Source: Octopus sinensis (Eukaryota). Taken from it: 64,000 bases of DNA. The first letter of the stretch is position 1. The number at the start of each line of letters is the position of its first letter. This document shows, piece after piece, positions 26,713-40,977 of the stretch. The stretch spans positions 90,334,001 to 90,398,000 of the forward strand of contig NC_042999.1 of the NCBI RefSeq assembly GCF_006345805.1. Direction: 5' to 3'. A model generated the notes under the pieces. The model did no database searches. It was not told the DNA's origin and saw only the letters and a program-made list of their open reading frames with translations. Position numbers and translations under genes: made by a program.

Positions 26713-28349
26713 TGTCAAAGAAACAGTGTTAAAAGAGTTGGATCTCACCCACATGTAACAATAAACTTTTTACACACCCTATTTCAAGTAACCAAACTAC
26801 CTTTCCTCTTCTAAACTACATCTTTCTCTTCCTCACATTTCCTCTTCATACACTATGATTGTCTTCCACTCCCTTTCCCTGCCCTTACTGCATTACTGCC
26901 TTCCTCCACCCCCTCTTTATACCCACCTTTTCATTGGTCACTGCAATCCCCCACTCCCTACTTGCACCTTCTTGGTAATACCTGATCATGTATATTATGA
27001 CCTACACACTTTGAGGGCCTGCAATTGCCACCATTTATCTCTGTCTTCCTTACTCTTCCATCACATCCATTCTCTGATCTTTGTTACTTGTGAATATACC
27101 CTGGCACTTCACCACCACCTCTCTCCTCTCTCTTGCACTGTTGTTGTTTCTCCCTCTCTCTCTTTCCCTTGTTCTTCCCTTAGGCTGGGTAGCCATGTTT
27201 CTCCTCTACAGCAGCACAACTGTTTCTGTCCTCATTCTTGATCACTCTCTCTCTCCTCCTCTTGCTTTACCCTCTAGCTAGATAACCAAGTATCTCCTTT
27301 ACATCAGCACACCTTGTCTTCTTTTTTGTACTTCTCTCTTTCTCTCTTCTTCACCAGGCAACCATGTACCACTTCTATAGAAAGACACCTGTTTCTCCTC
27401 CCCTCTCTGTCACATTCTAACCTTTCATCATCTGACACAAGATCCCCTCCTCTAATGCCCATGCCCCTCTCAAAATTCTTTGTCTTGCAAGTTACATGGA
27501 AACCCTGCTAGTGCCAGTGCCATGTAAAAAGCATACAGTCCACACTGCAGAGACTTACTTTTGCCACATTTGAAGTGGGTACAAAGATAAATGACACCAT
27601 TTCTATAAGATTTAAATGGACTATTAAAAGTGACTATAAATGGCAGAGTTTCGAATCAAGGCACCCACAAAAGTCAAATTTCCTCCATTTTGTTGGGAAG
27701 CTTTCTATTTTTTTTTAAAGTCAATTTTGAAAATGATGGGGATAAACTTTTTATTTAAAAAATGTTTTGGAAACTTATGACTTGAAAAAGGCCAATGTCT
27801 CCATGAACACTCAAATATACAAGTTGATAACATCATGCAAAGTACTTAAGGATGGTTAACTTCCAGGAAGAAAATGTAATTTACCAATAGTGGAATATCT
27901 AATTCAGTTCTTGATTATCTGTGATATTCTCACTGGCACTTTCATGACTTGGTCCATCATATATGTACAGAGTTGGAAAGCCAAATTGAGATAGTTTTTA
28001 AAATGTATTTAAAATATCATGAATTAAGAGCTAATACTTTGTATACAATAATCTAAAATATTAAATATCTTTTTTGTTATTGATTGATACACTGTAACAG
28101 AGTTAGGGAATCAAAATCACAAAATGTTATTACTGAAATGAACCACACGTAGCTGATACAAAATACACCAAACTTAGTCAAGGCAGAGTCCACAATACCA
28201 TAGTTAATTTTAAGGCTCCAGATATCATCTGTGTAAGGCTACAGATGATATCCACTCATCTCACAGTATCCACAGTGATTACAAATGTTTGCTTCTTTCT
28301 GGCTGGTTTGAAATGATCTACCCATCAGCATGACCAAAATTGCAAAGTG

Positions 28350-28865
28350 CTATCAAATGTATCACCCCCAGTACTTATTTTTTTAAAAGCCTGATACTTG
28401 TTTCTTTATTGCCCACAAGAGGCTAAACATAGAGGGGACAAACAAGGACAGAAAAAGGATTAAGTCGATTACATCGACCCCAGTGCGTAACTTGTACTTA
28501 ATTTATTGACCCCGAAAGGATGAAAGGCAAAGTCGACCTCGGCGGAATTTGAACTCAGAACGTAACGGCAGACGAAATACCGCTAAGCATTTCGCCTGGC
28601 GTGCTAATATTTCTGCTAGCTCGCCACCTTTCAAAAGCCTGATACTTATTCCATCAATCTATTTTGCCAAACCACAAAGTTATGGGGGACGTAAACACAC
28701 CAACATCAGTTGCCAAGTAGTGGTGGTGGATAAGCATGCACATGCAAAGTTTCTTTCAGTTTCTATCTACCAAATCTACTCACAAGGCTTTGGTCAGTCC
28801 AAAGTGTCACACAGTGAGACTGAACCCAGAACCATGTTGTTGGGAAGCAAACTTACCACACAACA
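28350..28865 (-). mobile_element. Older tRNA-SINE (same family as 46310-46645), interrupted by a younger SINE
   Basis: Minus-strand head gtgtggtaagtttgcttcccaac...gggttcagtc; shares ccaaagccttgtgagtagatttggtaga...gaaactgaaagaa with the 46310 copy. Confidence 0.7.
28400..28632 (-). mobile_element. Young tRNA-SINE with a 15-bp target-site duplication
   Basis: Head aaggtggcgagctagcagaa...gagttcaaattcc (B box). The sequence aaaagcctgatactt occurs at both 28385-28399 and 28633-28647. Confidence 0.88.
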
Positions 28866-29018
28866 ATTTAAAAAAGAAAAAAAGAATATAATCAGAAGTA
28901 TTTTCTACTTGAAATTAATTTTAACAGGAAGAAAAAAATCATCTTAAAACTTAACATATTCCCTAGACAAAATTGAACAAAATAAGTTTGTATGGTGTCA
29001 AAGAATATAATTACTAAC

Positions 29019-29235
29019 CAGTTGGATTATCATCACTGTGAATTTCTGATGCAGATGTTAAAGCTGCTCCGAGAGAAGAATTACTGTCATAAACTTTAAA
29101 TTCCACCGGTTGAAGTTGATGTGAATACCATTTTGGTTTATCTCCAATTAAAGATGGATCATAGACAGCAGTTTGAACACGCAGGAACACCACATTAGAT
29201 GGACACAAAGACCATTCGGCATAAAATTCAACTGC
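29019..29235 (-). CDS. MADD: MADD exon: AVEFYAEWSLCPSNVVFLRVQTAVYDPSLIGDKPKWYSHQL...SDDNPT
   Basis: Acceptor taacag, donor gttagt; 217 nt, phase 0 to 1. Confidence 0.95.
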
Positions 29236-29734
29236 CTGTTATAAAAATAACCATTTAATACTTACTAAATGAATATATAAATGAACAACCATTTTAGTAG
29301 CATATACAGAACATTAATATTAAAAAACAGAGTCTAAAAATGAGTAAGATCATTTTAATTTTGATTTTGATTGTTCCAGGCTTCCAAAACCACATATTAA
29401 TGTGCACAAGTTATAGCCACATACTCAATAATTCAAAGGAGGTTGAAATCATGTGTCATCATTCATTATTATTATTACCATCATGATCTTAATGTCCATT
29501 TTTCCATGCATGCTTGGATCAGATGACTGGATGCCCTTTGATTTGCCAACACTCACCTCTTTCTAAGCAAGGAAATAGTTTTCCATGGTTAGACATGTTT
29601 TCACAGAAGACTGTAACCAAACATCACCACTTGCTTGGTGGTGATGCTTGCTTACAAATATTGCAGTGAGTCAAGAAAAGAGGGCATACACATGTGCATG
29701 CATGCACATATGCATACACACTCTCAATCTAATG

Positions 29735-30030
29735 CAAGCCTGATTCATGATTGGGCTTTGAATGCAGAGGATTTGTGACTAGAAAGTGAAGCAAGCAGAC
29801 TTTGCTGGATGTATAACATTAGTGTGCATCAATGAAAATATATTAATGAGCTGAAGAGAAAAACCTGGATATATGAAGAATCAGTTGTAGTGTGCAAGAA
29901 AGAAGCTTGTGCTGGTATGGGCATATGGAGGACAAGAGCTCTAAAAAGAAGTGTTATATGCTCAAAGTCAATGGAGCATGTGAAAGAGTGATGCTAAGAA
30001 AGACTTGGGATGAAGTGGTGAAGATTTCTC
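29735..30030 (+). mobile_element. RTE LINE C-terminal fragment
   Basis: QERSLCWYGHM...LRKTWDEVVK. Confidence 0.75.
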
Positions 30031-30186
30031 AAAATGTTATATTCCAAAAGAAAGATAACAAAAGATTGATAGGCAATATGTACTGGAGAAAACACAACTA
30101 TAGAGATGATTTGACTACCTGCACAAGTATGGTGAATCAAATGTTACAGAAAATGGTGGTAGTGACGAAGACTAAATTTTACAGAC

Positions 30187-30292
<106 letters not shown>

Positions 30293-31721
30293 ATGTATAA
30301 AGAACCAGGATGACTAAAGTTATGTGGTGTTTGCAAAGACTTGTTCTGCTTGTCAAAACTGAGATACTGGAAGCACAATATGTATACATACACACACACA
30401 ATTGAACCCTTTCCCAATTTCCTTCTCAAGCCTTCCCTACTGCCAACCATCTCTATCAATGCTCTCTTCCAAATGCAGTATTCAGATGATGTAATTTAAT
30501 GAAAACAGAGTTGAATATTACATCAACTTTTTCTGTGATACCAGATCTCTTTTTCACTTCCAGAAATCTCTGCACTTGTTATCCATCCTTCATTCTTAAT
30601 ATTGCCCCTCTACACTCACATTTTACATTGCTCACCCTTCACCAGATTATCTCTCACTCTCACTTTGCACATCTACTCTTTCATACTTCCTTCTGTCTAC
30701 TACATTATTATTATTATTATTATTATTATTCTGCTCTTTACTCCCTTTGTAGTGTCAATCATTATCTACACTTGTTGCCTTCTTCCACTCATATGTGTCA
30801 TCAATCACTCCCATACCCCTGTCTGCCAGACATTACAGCCACTCCGCAACTCTATCTGATCTTCAGTGACATCACTTACTCTTTCCTACCTATCCTCCAA
30901 TTTAAATTTATCAACTACACTTCAAAGCTTGTTCTTCATTTATTATATTCACCTCCTCACCCATTCCTCATCTATAATCATCCTTCATTCTCCTCAAACA
31001 GGTTAGCAACCAGTACCTAACTATATGCCCAGTTCTTCTGCTTCTACTCCTATTTACCTTCTTGTATCCTTAAGGTCTACTCTGACATGTCACCACATCA
31101 TTATTCCCACCATCTTTTTTGTAGAGTAGTCATGTAGCTCTATTACAACAAAAAACCTGTTCTCTTCTAGCTCCTTCTTTCATACTTTAACCTTTTATCT
31201 CCTAGCATAAAGCCACATTCATCTCTATGTAGCTTCATTCAGTTTAAGGGAATTTTAGACATGCAAGTTATTTGGTGAACTCACTAGTGCTGATGCCACG
31301 AAATAAAATAAAAAAAAGCAATCAGTACACTCTGTTAAGTGCATGGCATTAGTAAGGGCTTCCAGCAATAGAAAGTAATTCAATAGAAAGCAATTCAAAG
31401 TAAACAGTGAAGCATGATGAAGTCCTTAGCAGAAAAGTAGATAATGGTTGGCAGCAGGAGGAGCATCTAACTGTACAAGCTCGCCTCAGATAGATTCTTG
31501 ACCAGCCCATGCTAGCATGGAAACACAGACCTTATATGAACATATCAGTATACATACAAACACTCATATATGTGTGTGTGTGCATGCATTCATGGGCTCA
31601 TGTTTGTGTCTCCTAGCAATAAGATAAGTGTCTGGCCTTAGAAAATCAGGATCAACAAATTCCACCTGACCTATGCCAGCATGGAAAAGTAGACATGAAA
31701 ATGATGATCAAAATAACTTAC

Positions 31722-31880
31722 TTGAGTACGAGCAAGCTTTGCTGTAAAGTGAGTTTTCACTGGACGCGATTTCAGGAAGCTGTAAAGCTGAAATGCAACC
31801 ACAGGACGCGGATACAAGCGAAGTGTTCGAGTGTGTTCACTGAAGTTTCCAAGAATATTTGGAGAATTGAAGAACCGGAC
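31722..31880 (-). CDS. MADD: MADD exon (dDENN region): [53 protein letters not shown]
   Basis: Acceptor tcttag, donor gtaagt; 159 nt, phase 0-0; [16 protein letters not shown] motif. Confidence 0.96.
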
Positions 31881-34185
31881 CTAAGATAAACAAAATCAAC
31901 ATTTTTGGTTAATAAAAAAAGTATTAAAAATACACAAAAGAAAGAACTTGAAATACAATGAAATGCTTAACAATAGCTGATAAATTTACATAGTCCTTTT
32001 CTTAAAAGCACAGGTAAGCCAATGAAACTGTTTCTTGTAAATTTAAACTGAATTATATTGAAAACTACTTCTTTATGGAAGAATCATAATAGTCATTTAA
32101 AAGATACATATAACATTATCTTCACTTTTGTTACATTTTGTACCAGTATTATATATTATACACTCTATGGAAAAAAATCATTGAACAGCTATATCCTTGT
32201 CATGGATTGCATTTTAACATAGAAAATTTAGTTACAGGATATTCTGTGAATGAAGGGACAACTATATGTTTCTGTGTAGGGTGATATTTCATGTTTCACA
32301 TTTTAGAAAACTTGGGTTAATTTTAGCAATTTTAAAAACTAAACTCAATACATATATATAAATTTTTTTTAGAACTAATATCTGGTGTAGCACTAATATA
32401 CACCTGATTACTCCTTGTCATATTTCTGTACATATTTATTGTTTGCAGTATATTAATTCAATTTTCTAAATTGATTTTTTCTCCTGTAAACTTTGTTTTT
32501 TCATGGCTTGTCAAGAGTAATTTGCTCCCTCCTTTGCATCTTTCTTGCTTGCAGGTATATCAATCTAACTACCTGTGTTTTACTATTAATTTTAAACACA
32601 CAATACTCCCACCCACATTGTACACTTTTTATTACTCAATATCACAACTCCACTATGTTCATTTTTAACAATTTTCATTCATATGTCAGAAAGATATACT
32701 CTCATCATAAAAGATGTTGATACAGAGTCGACTGCTTTTGCAGTGTGTACGTAACTCGATATTACTGTATCATTATTTACTATTTTTTTTTCAAAATATT
32801 ATATATACAGACCGTAGTCTCTGTGTTTAAAAAGTGTTATTTCTGTGTAATTGAGGTTGTTTTACTTGACTTTTTTTCCAGAAGTATTCAACTGATACAC
32901 ACCTCAATCATTTCAATTTATAACATGCACAGCACCAGGAAAATTGGTTTTGCATTATAAAATTCCATGGCAATATTTTCAAGAATGTAATGCTTTTAAA
33001 TTGTGGATGATACCAATAATGCTATTACAGTATAAAGCAGATATAAGAGTCTATGTGTATTTAAGATATCAAGCATGACTCTCCCATAATAAAATTGGTT
33101 CAATTTTAATTTGTTAGTTTTTATGCGACTTAGGAAAGGAAATACAGAGTGTATAACTCTTTCCATGGCCTCTGAAACTGATACAAAGGAGAGAAGTTAT
33201 TCTCAGATTGGAGATCTGATCCAAATGCTTGTAATATCGAAAGCATCCAAGAATCGGGTAGTGATGTTAAACAGGTAATAAATAACATAGATTTTATCCA
33301 CATATAACTTAGACATAACATGTTACACTTGCATTGGCTTTATGGATAGAGTTCTCAATAACATTCAACAAGAGAAACATGAAAAGCTTGTGTTTGTCTC
33401 TCTCTCTCTCTCTCGAGTACAAAGACACAATCATTACTTACATTAAGGAAACAATGTTGTACCTCCTTCTCTCTAGTCTCAGACATTTCAATTAAAATTC
33501 TCAAAATCACTACAAATACTAGACTTCATGAACTCTGATGTTCTTTCTGGGTGGCCTCCACATACATTACATTCCAAATCATACTTTAGCTTTGGCACAC
33601 AAATATCCTAAATTGCTTATAAAAGAAGGCCATCCAACCAATTGGCTAAGATCCATTCACCAACACAATATAACCTCTGGACCACTACATGGTGTATCTC
33701 CTCCTGCTCTGCCCATTCTATTACTATTATCATTGCCTCTACTTCTAAGTAGTAGCTTGCTACATACCCTAAGCTCACCCAATTTAGGTATTTCTCCTCT
33801 TATGTATGTTATTGCTCATGCCTTGCAATAACCATTTTTCCAACTCTTCCTCCTCAGAATCTTTGGAATTCCCATTTTCAAATCTATTTTCTGAAGATTC
33901 CAACTAATGTATGTTCAAACTGTCATATACGACAATCACGAGCTCAGACACTTTTCTCAAAATCATAAAAATGAAATTACTTGCAATATTTTATTTTGTT
34001 TGTCTTTATCTAATATAGAGTACTCATACAAAAACCTTTCAATGTGATCTTTACCTTTTATCACCTCAGAATCAAAACAAATCAGGATCTGTCAAGTACT
34101 CTTGTTACTTTAGTTAAATATGTGCAACCCCAATACCTTCATTTTATATTTAAGTCATATATACTTAAAATAAAATTTAACTTAC

Positions 34186-34356
34186 CATTGCAACACGTGT
34201 TGCCACATCCACTGAATCAACATCATTACCGTATATAAGAGGATTGAAACCTGTGTTTGAGTCAAAGCTCTCTCTTCGTTTTAGTAGCTCAGGACTTTGA
34301 GCTAAAGCATCTAAGTTTTTAATAGGCTGAGGAGTCATGCTCATACTGGCAAGGGC
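34186..34356 (-). CDS. MADD: MADD exon: [57 protein letters not shown]
   Basis: Acceptor tttcag, donor gtaagt; 171 nt, phase 0-0. Confidence 0.96.
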
Positions 34357-35199
34357 CTGAAACAGAAAATATATTATTCTAGTAATTCAAAAACACTAAA
34401 TAGGATTAATAAACTTGTTACAAAATTAACAAACTCGCTTAAGTGCTGCATATCAAATTATAGTAAGGTGAACAAAAGAATAAGAATTACGATCTCTGTT
34501 GCTGCCGACATAATCATCATTTCATGTCTGTTTTCCAAGCTGGAATGGGAAGGATGGGTCATCATGGTCTGAGTCTCTTCTTATTCAGAGTTATTGTCTT
34601 CCTAAACAGGTTAGATCATGTTTAAGTCGTACATTTTAAAATTTGGCATTTTTTCTACAACTGGAATCCCTTCATAACAAAACCACATTACAAAGTGTAA
34701 TGGATTTATTTTATTGTGGCACCAACAGTAGAGAGGCTGCCATATCCTATGTTATGGGTTAATAGAAAAGATAAAGTGATAGATGATTGTAAAATGGTCA
34801 TTGGTAAGAATGTAAAGGATTTCAGTAATGGGTATCTTAAAGGAGAGTAAGTGGAAGCTAGCATTATATAAGGGTAATGTCTGCCACCAAGAAATGGATT
34901 AAATGGTAAGTAGTAGAAATGGTGATGGATGGGAGAGGAAGTGAAGGCTGGTGGAGGTGGTGTATTTGATATAGTGCAATTCCTCATTAACCAGGCATCA
35001 CGATAGATGTATGGAAGCTGAGGGAGAAGGAGTGTTGGCTGACAGTACAGGTGTTGGAAAGGGATGTAGTGGATACAAATGGTTATAGTGGTAGGATTAA
35101 GCATAAGCAGATCTAGTGTTTCTTTCATTGTACAGGTAGCAAAGTACAGTGAATAGGGGGGAAGAGTAGAGGGATGAGGTGTCAGATTGGCAAGAAAGG

Positions 35200-35900
35200 C
35201 AGCAGCTGAAGGCTTACTTGTACAAAATGGATCAAAGGCTAGATGTAGACATATATTTCAACATGTTTTGCTATGCTTATGAGGTGGCCTTCACCAGAAC
35301 TGCAGGTCACCTATCATCATGTTTCTTAGTGATCTTCTTTAGATTCTATTTACTTGGAGCATGTGGCAGTTCCTTATACAGTTGTCATCTTCCATACACA
35401 TCACATGCCGCTACAGTTTTCTCTTTTGCATACTATATCTGATCCTTGTTATTTGCAGCTCGTTCATGCACACTAATGTTACAAATCCAGTGAAGCATAC
35501 TTGTTTAATTTCTCCCGTTAGTCTTTGCAAAGCCTCTACATTCAAGGTTACATCTTGCAACCATGCAGCATCACTCTTCGTACACAAGCATCATACCATC
35601 AGATCTTTTTCTTTGTGAGGAAGAAACTCTTAGTTACTGTATCAGGAACACCTTCACCTCTTTTATAAATTCTGATACAAGAGCTAGCTCATCAGCATAG
35701 AAGAATTCCCAAGGATAGACAGTATCAAACTTAAGATATGCTCTCAACTCATCAGTGGTTCTTCTCATTGAGATTACTGGTTGAGTATATCTGGAATCAT
35801 GATAGTGGAAGACTGTGTCTCTATCCATGATATTAGAATTATCTATGAAATTTTGTAAGGTATGACTGACAGACTCAAAAGCAAGTCTACGTGGCATTGT
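35200..35900 (-). mobile_element. Rearranged RTE LINE remnant
   Basis: PWEFFYADELAL is a degenerate RTE PWELLYADDL motif; downstream YDACVRRVMLHG and QKRKL*RHVMCMEDD. Confidence 0.75.
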
Positions 35901-36386
35901 GCACTCATTTCATACTTTCAACCTGGCTTGGTTCAGGGCATCATGATGGTTCTCTTATCAAATCTGATGAAGACCTAGCAGTACTAACACTGTGTCCTCC
36001 ATTTGCAAGCTCAGATCTGAAGGTTGCTTTGAACACTAGAGTGAAGCATTCTGACTACATGTACAAACCAACACAGTCGGATTTTCTTTCATGCTTAGAA
36101 TCTTGTTTAGGTAGAACACTTGGAAACAATTAAGCTTTTTAGCACACGATTAGTACCATAAGCTAGAATTTTATTGTTTATATCTGGAAAAAGCAAGTAA
36201 ATATAAACATTTCTTGAATGAAGACAAAATAATCTAACAGGACTTTAAAACCAGTGTCTTATTGATAGAGTGGATGTTTATAAAAATAAAGCTAATTTAA
36301 TTCAAAATTTTCAAACTATATATTGTCATATATATGTTTCTCCTCCAACAAAGTAAATAAATTCATGAAACTGCATTAATAGCTAC

Positions 36387-36467
36387 CTGTTTGAGATGAT
36401 TTTTTAATTTGCCTCCTTCGTGATCTGGCAGTAAAGGCAATTCTTCTGCTCCAGTGGGAGCTTGGAT
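36387..36467 (-). CDS. MADD: MADD exon: IQAPTGAEELPLLPDHEGGKLKNHLKQ
   Basis: Acceptor actcag, donor gtagct; 81 nt, phase 0-0. Matches human [27 protein letters not shown]. Confidence 0.92.
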
Positions 36468-37077
36468 CTGAGTATTTATAAAAAAAGTACAGTAGTTACA
36501 AACATATATAATTTATAAGAAATTCAAAGTCAATAACATTAAAAAACCACTTCAGAGAAATTACTGACAAAGATAAATTACAACGAACATGAAACTGTTC
36601 TCTGTCTTTAAACAGCAGGCAAGCTAGATTGATTTACTACTATCAGATTCCACTGGTTTCTAGTTTGGTTTATTCAAATCTGGCATTGTAAAATTGTAAA
36701 GATCATGAGGGGCTGATATGTTACACATAAAATAGGTCAAGTAACCAATTGTGAAACTCGACTTGAAACATTTGCTAAAGGTTTTCTATTATAAATTAGT
36801 GCATGTGCATGTGTGTAAATAGCACAAATATACATATGTATAAAATATCAATTAAGACAACATAAATTGGGAATTTATATTCTGTTCATTCATCTAATTG
36901 TCAAGTAATTTTCATTTAGTGATAATGAATTATGAAGTAGCAAGAGTAGAATGTTAAATTCATGATAAAATATGAAAGAGGAAGAAATGTGTGTATGTGT
37001 ATTAGAAGAGAGAGAGAGAGGCAAGAAACATCTTAATCTAATGAAGTTTGCAAACCAAAAACAAAAAAGTTGTATAC

Positions 37078-37191
37078 CTTGTTAGAATCCAAATCTACAA
37101 GCCAAACATCATCAGGCATCGTGAAGCCTGCCTTGTACAAGAAGAAACTTGATGGTACTCCAATAATATAAGGAGTTGGTACCAACAACAG
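37078..37191 (-). CDS. MADD: MADD exon (DENN core): [38 protein letters not shown]
   Basis: Acceptor ttacag, donor gtatac; 114 nt, phase 0-0; [12 protein letters not shown] and VWLVDLD motifs. Confidence 0.96.
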
Positions 37192-38199
37192 CTGTAACAG
37201 AAAAAAGTTAAGTTTCCAGTAATGTAACAACAAAAACCTTTCAGAGTATTATATTCTAAACCAAGTAAATTACAAACTAAAATAAAATAAGAATTAGTCA
37301 CATCAAGATATATTACATTACAATGTTTTATTTCTCCAGTTTCAATTTATTTAGTTAAATTGTAAGGTAAAGCTACATAATACTAATCTTACAATCAAAG
37401 AAATATTTAACCTATGATATTTAATATATATATATATAATAATATTTTTTTTTGTCAACAGAATGAGAAATAATCTGTTTTGACAGAGTACTATATGATT
37501 CCTCAAACATTTCATACACTGTCACAGGAATTTTGAGCCAATTATTTGGCTATATTCATTTATAATTCTGTATTCTGTAATTGTATATTCTGAAGAATAT
37601 TTAATGATTCTTCAGAATATAGAATCACAATACTTTAATTAAGCTGTCAATGAACATTTTAGTTATTGACCTTTTCAATTAGCAGAGAGATCATATTCAA
37701 GAACATTTTCTTTTCCTAAGTTAGTCAGTAGAGAGGCACCAATTTAACCATAACTATAGAGAAATTGGAGCAGTTGTGGTTCAGACTGAATACTTGTAGG
37801 CCAATATTTTCAGAAAAAACATAGGGATGCACTCCTTAGAAAGGACTATTAGATCAAATGTTTAATTTATAGTCTGAGAGGTGAGAAACAATGAGGGTGA
37901 CAGGAAGAGGAGAACTAGCTGGATAAGTTATGCAGATAGCTTGTTCAGGAGAGCAGAGGCCATTGTAGTTGTGATACTAGATGCTCATAGGTGAAACAGT
38001 GTCTGTGAATCTGACTTCAGTGTTGATGACTGAAACATTACTAAACAGACAACCAGTTGTCTTCTGAATGCAGTCTAAGATGTTTGTGTATAGCTTTAAT
38101 ATTGTTTCATATATGTCAGCTTTGCCACAACGTGAGTTTTACTTCAGCTTTATATAAAGCTCAATAAGTGAATGGATTAAAAGTATATCCAAGTCCTAA

Positions 38200-39720
38200 A
38201 ATAGAATCCTATTCTTTGTTATATGATTTTGCCAGTATTGAATATATGGACCTGTAATGAGAGGGAAACATGTGGGATATATTACCGAAAACTGACAGAG
38301 GGTGGATTTGGACAGAATAATATTGACACACACACTATAATGGTCTAATCAGACAGAAAGTTGCCAAATGAATAAAGACATGTGCCAATCAAAAATGGGC
38401 AACTCTAACTCAGAAAGGGCTGACTGTTTATCACTTCTATTACTTTTGAGATATTGGAAATAAGACGGTTGTTGAAAGAGAGCTTGTCCTTCTTGTGGAT
38501 GGGATACTACAGCCTGTTATGATTGGGCCAAAGCCTGGGGAATGTTTGTGAGTGACTTCATGCCACTTAGTTCAGAGGCTTTTCTTTTGATGCAATCTAA
38601 GATATCTAAGTATGTATGTAGCAGCAACATTGGCCAAGGTATGAGAGCAATATTTCTATCTGAGCTTTTTAGACTAGTATTTGTCGAAGGCTGAAATATT
38701 TGGGGTTCTGAAGAAGAAGGCCAGGCTTTGAGATAGAATTTTTGCAATGTTGAAGATATGTGATTGCCAGCTGAGATAATCAATGATAGTGAGGCCTGAC
38801 TTTGAAAGAAATTGTGAATTGTGGTGTACTATTCCTATTCAGAAGTGTTGAAGGTGGAGTGTGACAAATTATTCTTGATATGTTCTGTAATTGGAGGTTT
38901 TTTGCTGTTGAAAGGATATTTTTGAGGCTTCTGGTCATAGAGTCTATACAAATTTGGTATGAGGTATCAAGGTTGTATGTGGATAATGTCTAGATCTGGA
39001 ATGTTAAGAAGAAATTGAAGGTAGTATCATATGCATATTAGTGGGCATTGTTTGAGATTACGAGAAGTAGGTCATTGATGTATAAGAGGAAGAATGTTGG
39101 AGACAAACTCTGAGGTATGCCAGAAAGAACTCCATCAGTACATGCTGCAATAAACAGAAAGTCACTAATGCAAGAAATGAGGGTCAACAGAGTATATAGG
39201 CAAAAGAGTTTTACAAAGAGAATCAAGTTTCAGACATAGTTGAAAGCTTTGCAGCTGGAAAAAGCAACAACACAATTTCACATAATTTCTGAAGGGCACT
39301 AATGACATCAGTATGAGATGGTGGGAGAATCATAAGAATTCTGAGCATGGAAGACATTGATGAGGATGATGCTAAAGATGAGTGAAGTGAGGTTGATGTT
39401 TTCAGTAAGATAGTTATTGGTGGTTGGAGTTTGAAGAGTGGAAAGGAAAAAGATGTATTTGAAGGAATGAAAGGAGGGAGATAAACTTTTACCAAGTTAA
39501 CAGGAAGTCTTTGTTACTGATAATCAGATAAACAATGAATGGCAGGAAGACACCATGCTTCAGAGTGAAGGTTACATAAAGTGAATGTGCAAAGTGGAAA
39601 GCAGAGATGGACTATAGATAAAGTTCAAGAGATTTATGTCTTGGAGAAGAATAGGGTGAGCAGTTTGTCGATTAGTAAGAGATAATGAGTCATTCCAAGG
39701 AACAGAGGCCATTATAGTAG
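38200..39720 (-). mobile_element. Highly decayed CR1/Jockey-like LINE remnant
   Basis: SGIPQSLSPTFFLLYINDLL (RT motif) at about 39050-39130; boundaries approximate. Confidence 0.6.
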
Positions 39721-39941
39721 TGATAGAAAAGACAGACAGTGTATTTCTCTTCACTCACTTCCTTCTATGTATATCTTCCTCTTTATGTCTGAATTTTTTC
39801 ACTTTATATGATATTTATCTTTATATATATATATAATATGTTGCCATTTCAAAATTTAATTACTCTTCAGTATATCTTTGTAGGGTTTAAAATTCAAAAT
39901 ATATTTTAAATTCAAATTAAGAACTTGAAAATGGAGGTTAC

Positions 39942-40073
39942 CTGTTCTGCACTACTCATACATGTTGGAAGTAATGGAATTACAGGAAACATATATTCCA
40001 GTGGATATAACATAGACACAAAGGCCATGACACTCATCGAAAGGGCATTATAATCTCGGGATTGTAAAACAAT
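39942..40073 (-). CDS. MADD: MADD exon (DENN core): [44 protein letters not shown]
   Basis: Acceptor ttttag, donor gtaacc; 132 nt, phase 0-0; near-identical to the recalled MADD motif. Confidence 0.97.
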
Positions 40074-40977
40074 CTAAAAAACAAATGTTTCAAAACATTC
40101 AAGGCAAAAGTATACAGAGAGTATCATTCCATTAAGAATATTTCCTAATGTTAGCAGAAAGTAAAATACATGTAAAACTGATATTTTGTGACTAAATATT
40201 GATTTAAAATTAAACAATTTCAATTTAATAAAAATAATAATATAACTGATATTTAAAAATGATGTATAGAATGTAAAAGCTATCTTTGATTACAGACAAT
40301 GGTAAAATATTACTGATACTAAGAGTGTTTTTATGGACATTTCCAACAAAAAGATTTTGATATATATCAGTACATCTACCTTCATTGTGATATGTTTAAA
40401 CAAGATAGCCTAGTCTGGTTAGATAACATATACAAGAGTAAAAAAAAAAATGCTATTCATAATGAAAGTTTTAGTATATAATCAGATAATTTCTCTTCAA
40501 GAATTTAAAACTGTTTCCTTTATTAAGTTATTATGAAATTTTTATGAAGCAAATCTTTAAGTTACAGATTTGAATAAGAAGTTCTGATGTCATAAATTTA
40601 CTAAACTGAGTGCACTCACTGAATCATATTTCATGCTGTCAATAGTACTATCAGTGATAAAGTTTTAAATATCATGATTATGTAGGCAGTATGGTACAGG
40701 AGACATAAAAGACAACTATTAGAATGTGTATAATTTAACTAAATATGCTTATATATATAAAAAAAAACCCAAAAAACAAGAGATAAAAAGTAAAACAAAA
40801 TCAATTTTAGAATCAGAAAAACAATTAAGTAAATAAAGAGTTTTAACAAATATTTATCAAAGAAATGAGTTTTAACAAATATTTATCAAAGAAATAACTT
40901 TTTGAACAAATATATTAATATTGTAAACTATTAAAATCTAAGAAATTACATTACATTAGGATATCATAAATGCTTAC

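Noticed and set aside
33130-33275. Plus-strand open frames ending at ACAG|GTAATA, a possible nested antisense exon
   Set aside because: No recognisable product and no partner exons found; compatible with chance.
35634-35897. 87-aa ORF inside the MADD span that looked like an extra exon
   Set aside because: It contains the RTE RT motif PWEFFYADEL, has no MADD similarity and is not needed for phase continuity.
35900-36184. Strong acceptor (ttgctttttccag) on the minus strand
   Set aside because: In the required phase 0 it reads ATA TAA (immediate stop), and all frames close quickly. An alternative terminal exon cannot be supported without RNA data.
40838-40895. 29-bp tandem duplication near a donor
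   Set aside because: Ordinary local slippage duplication in AT-rich intron.
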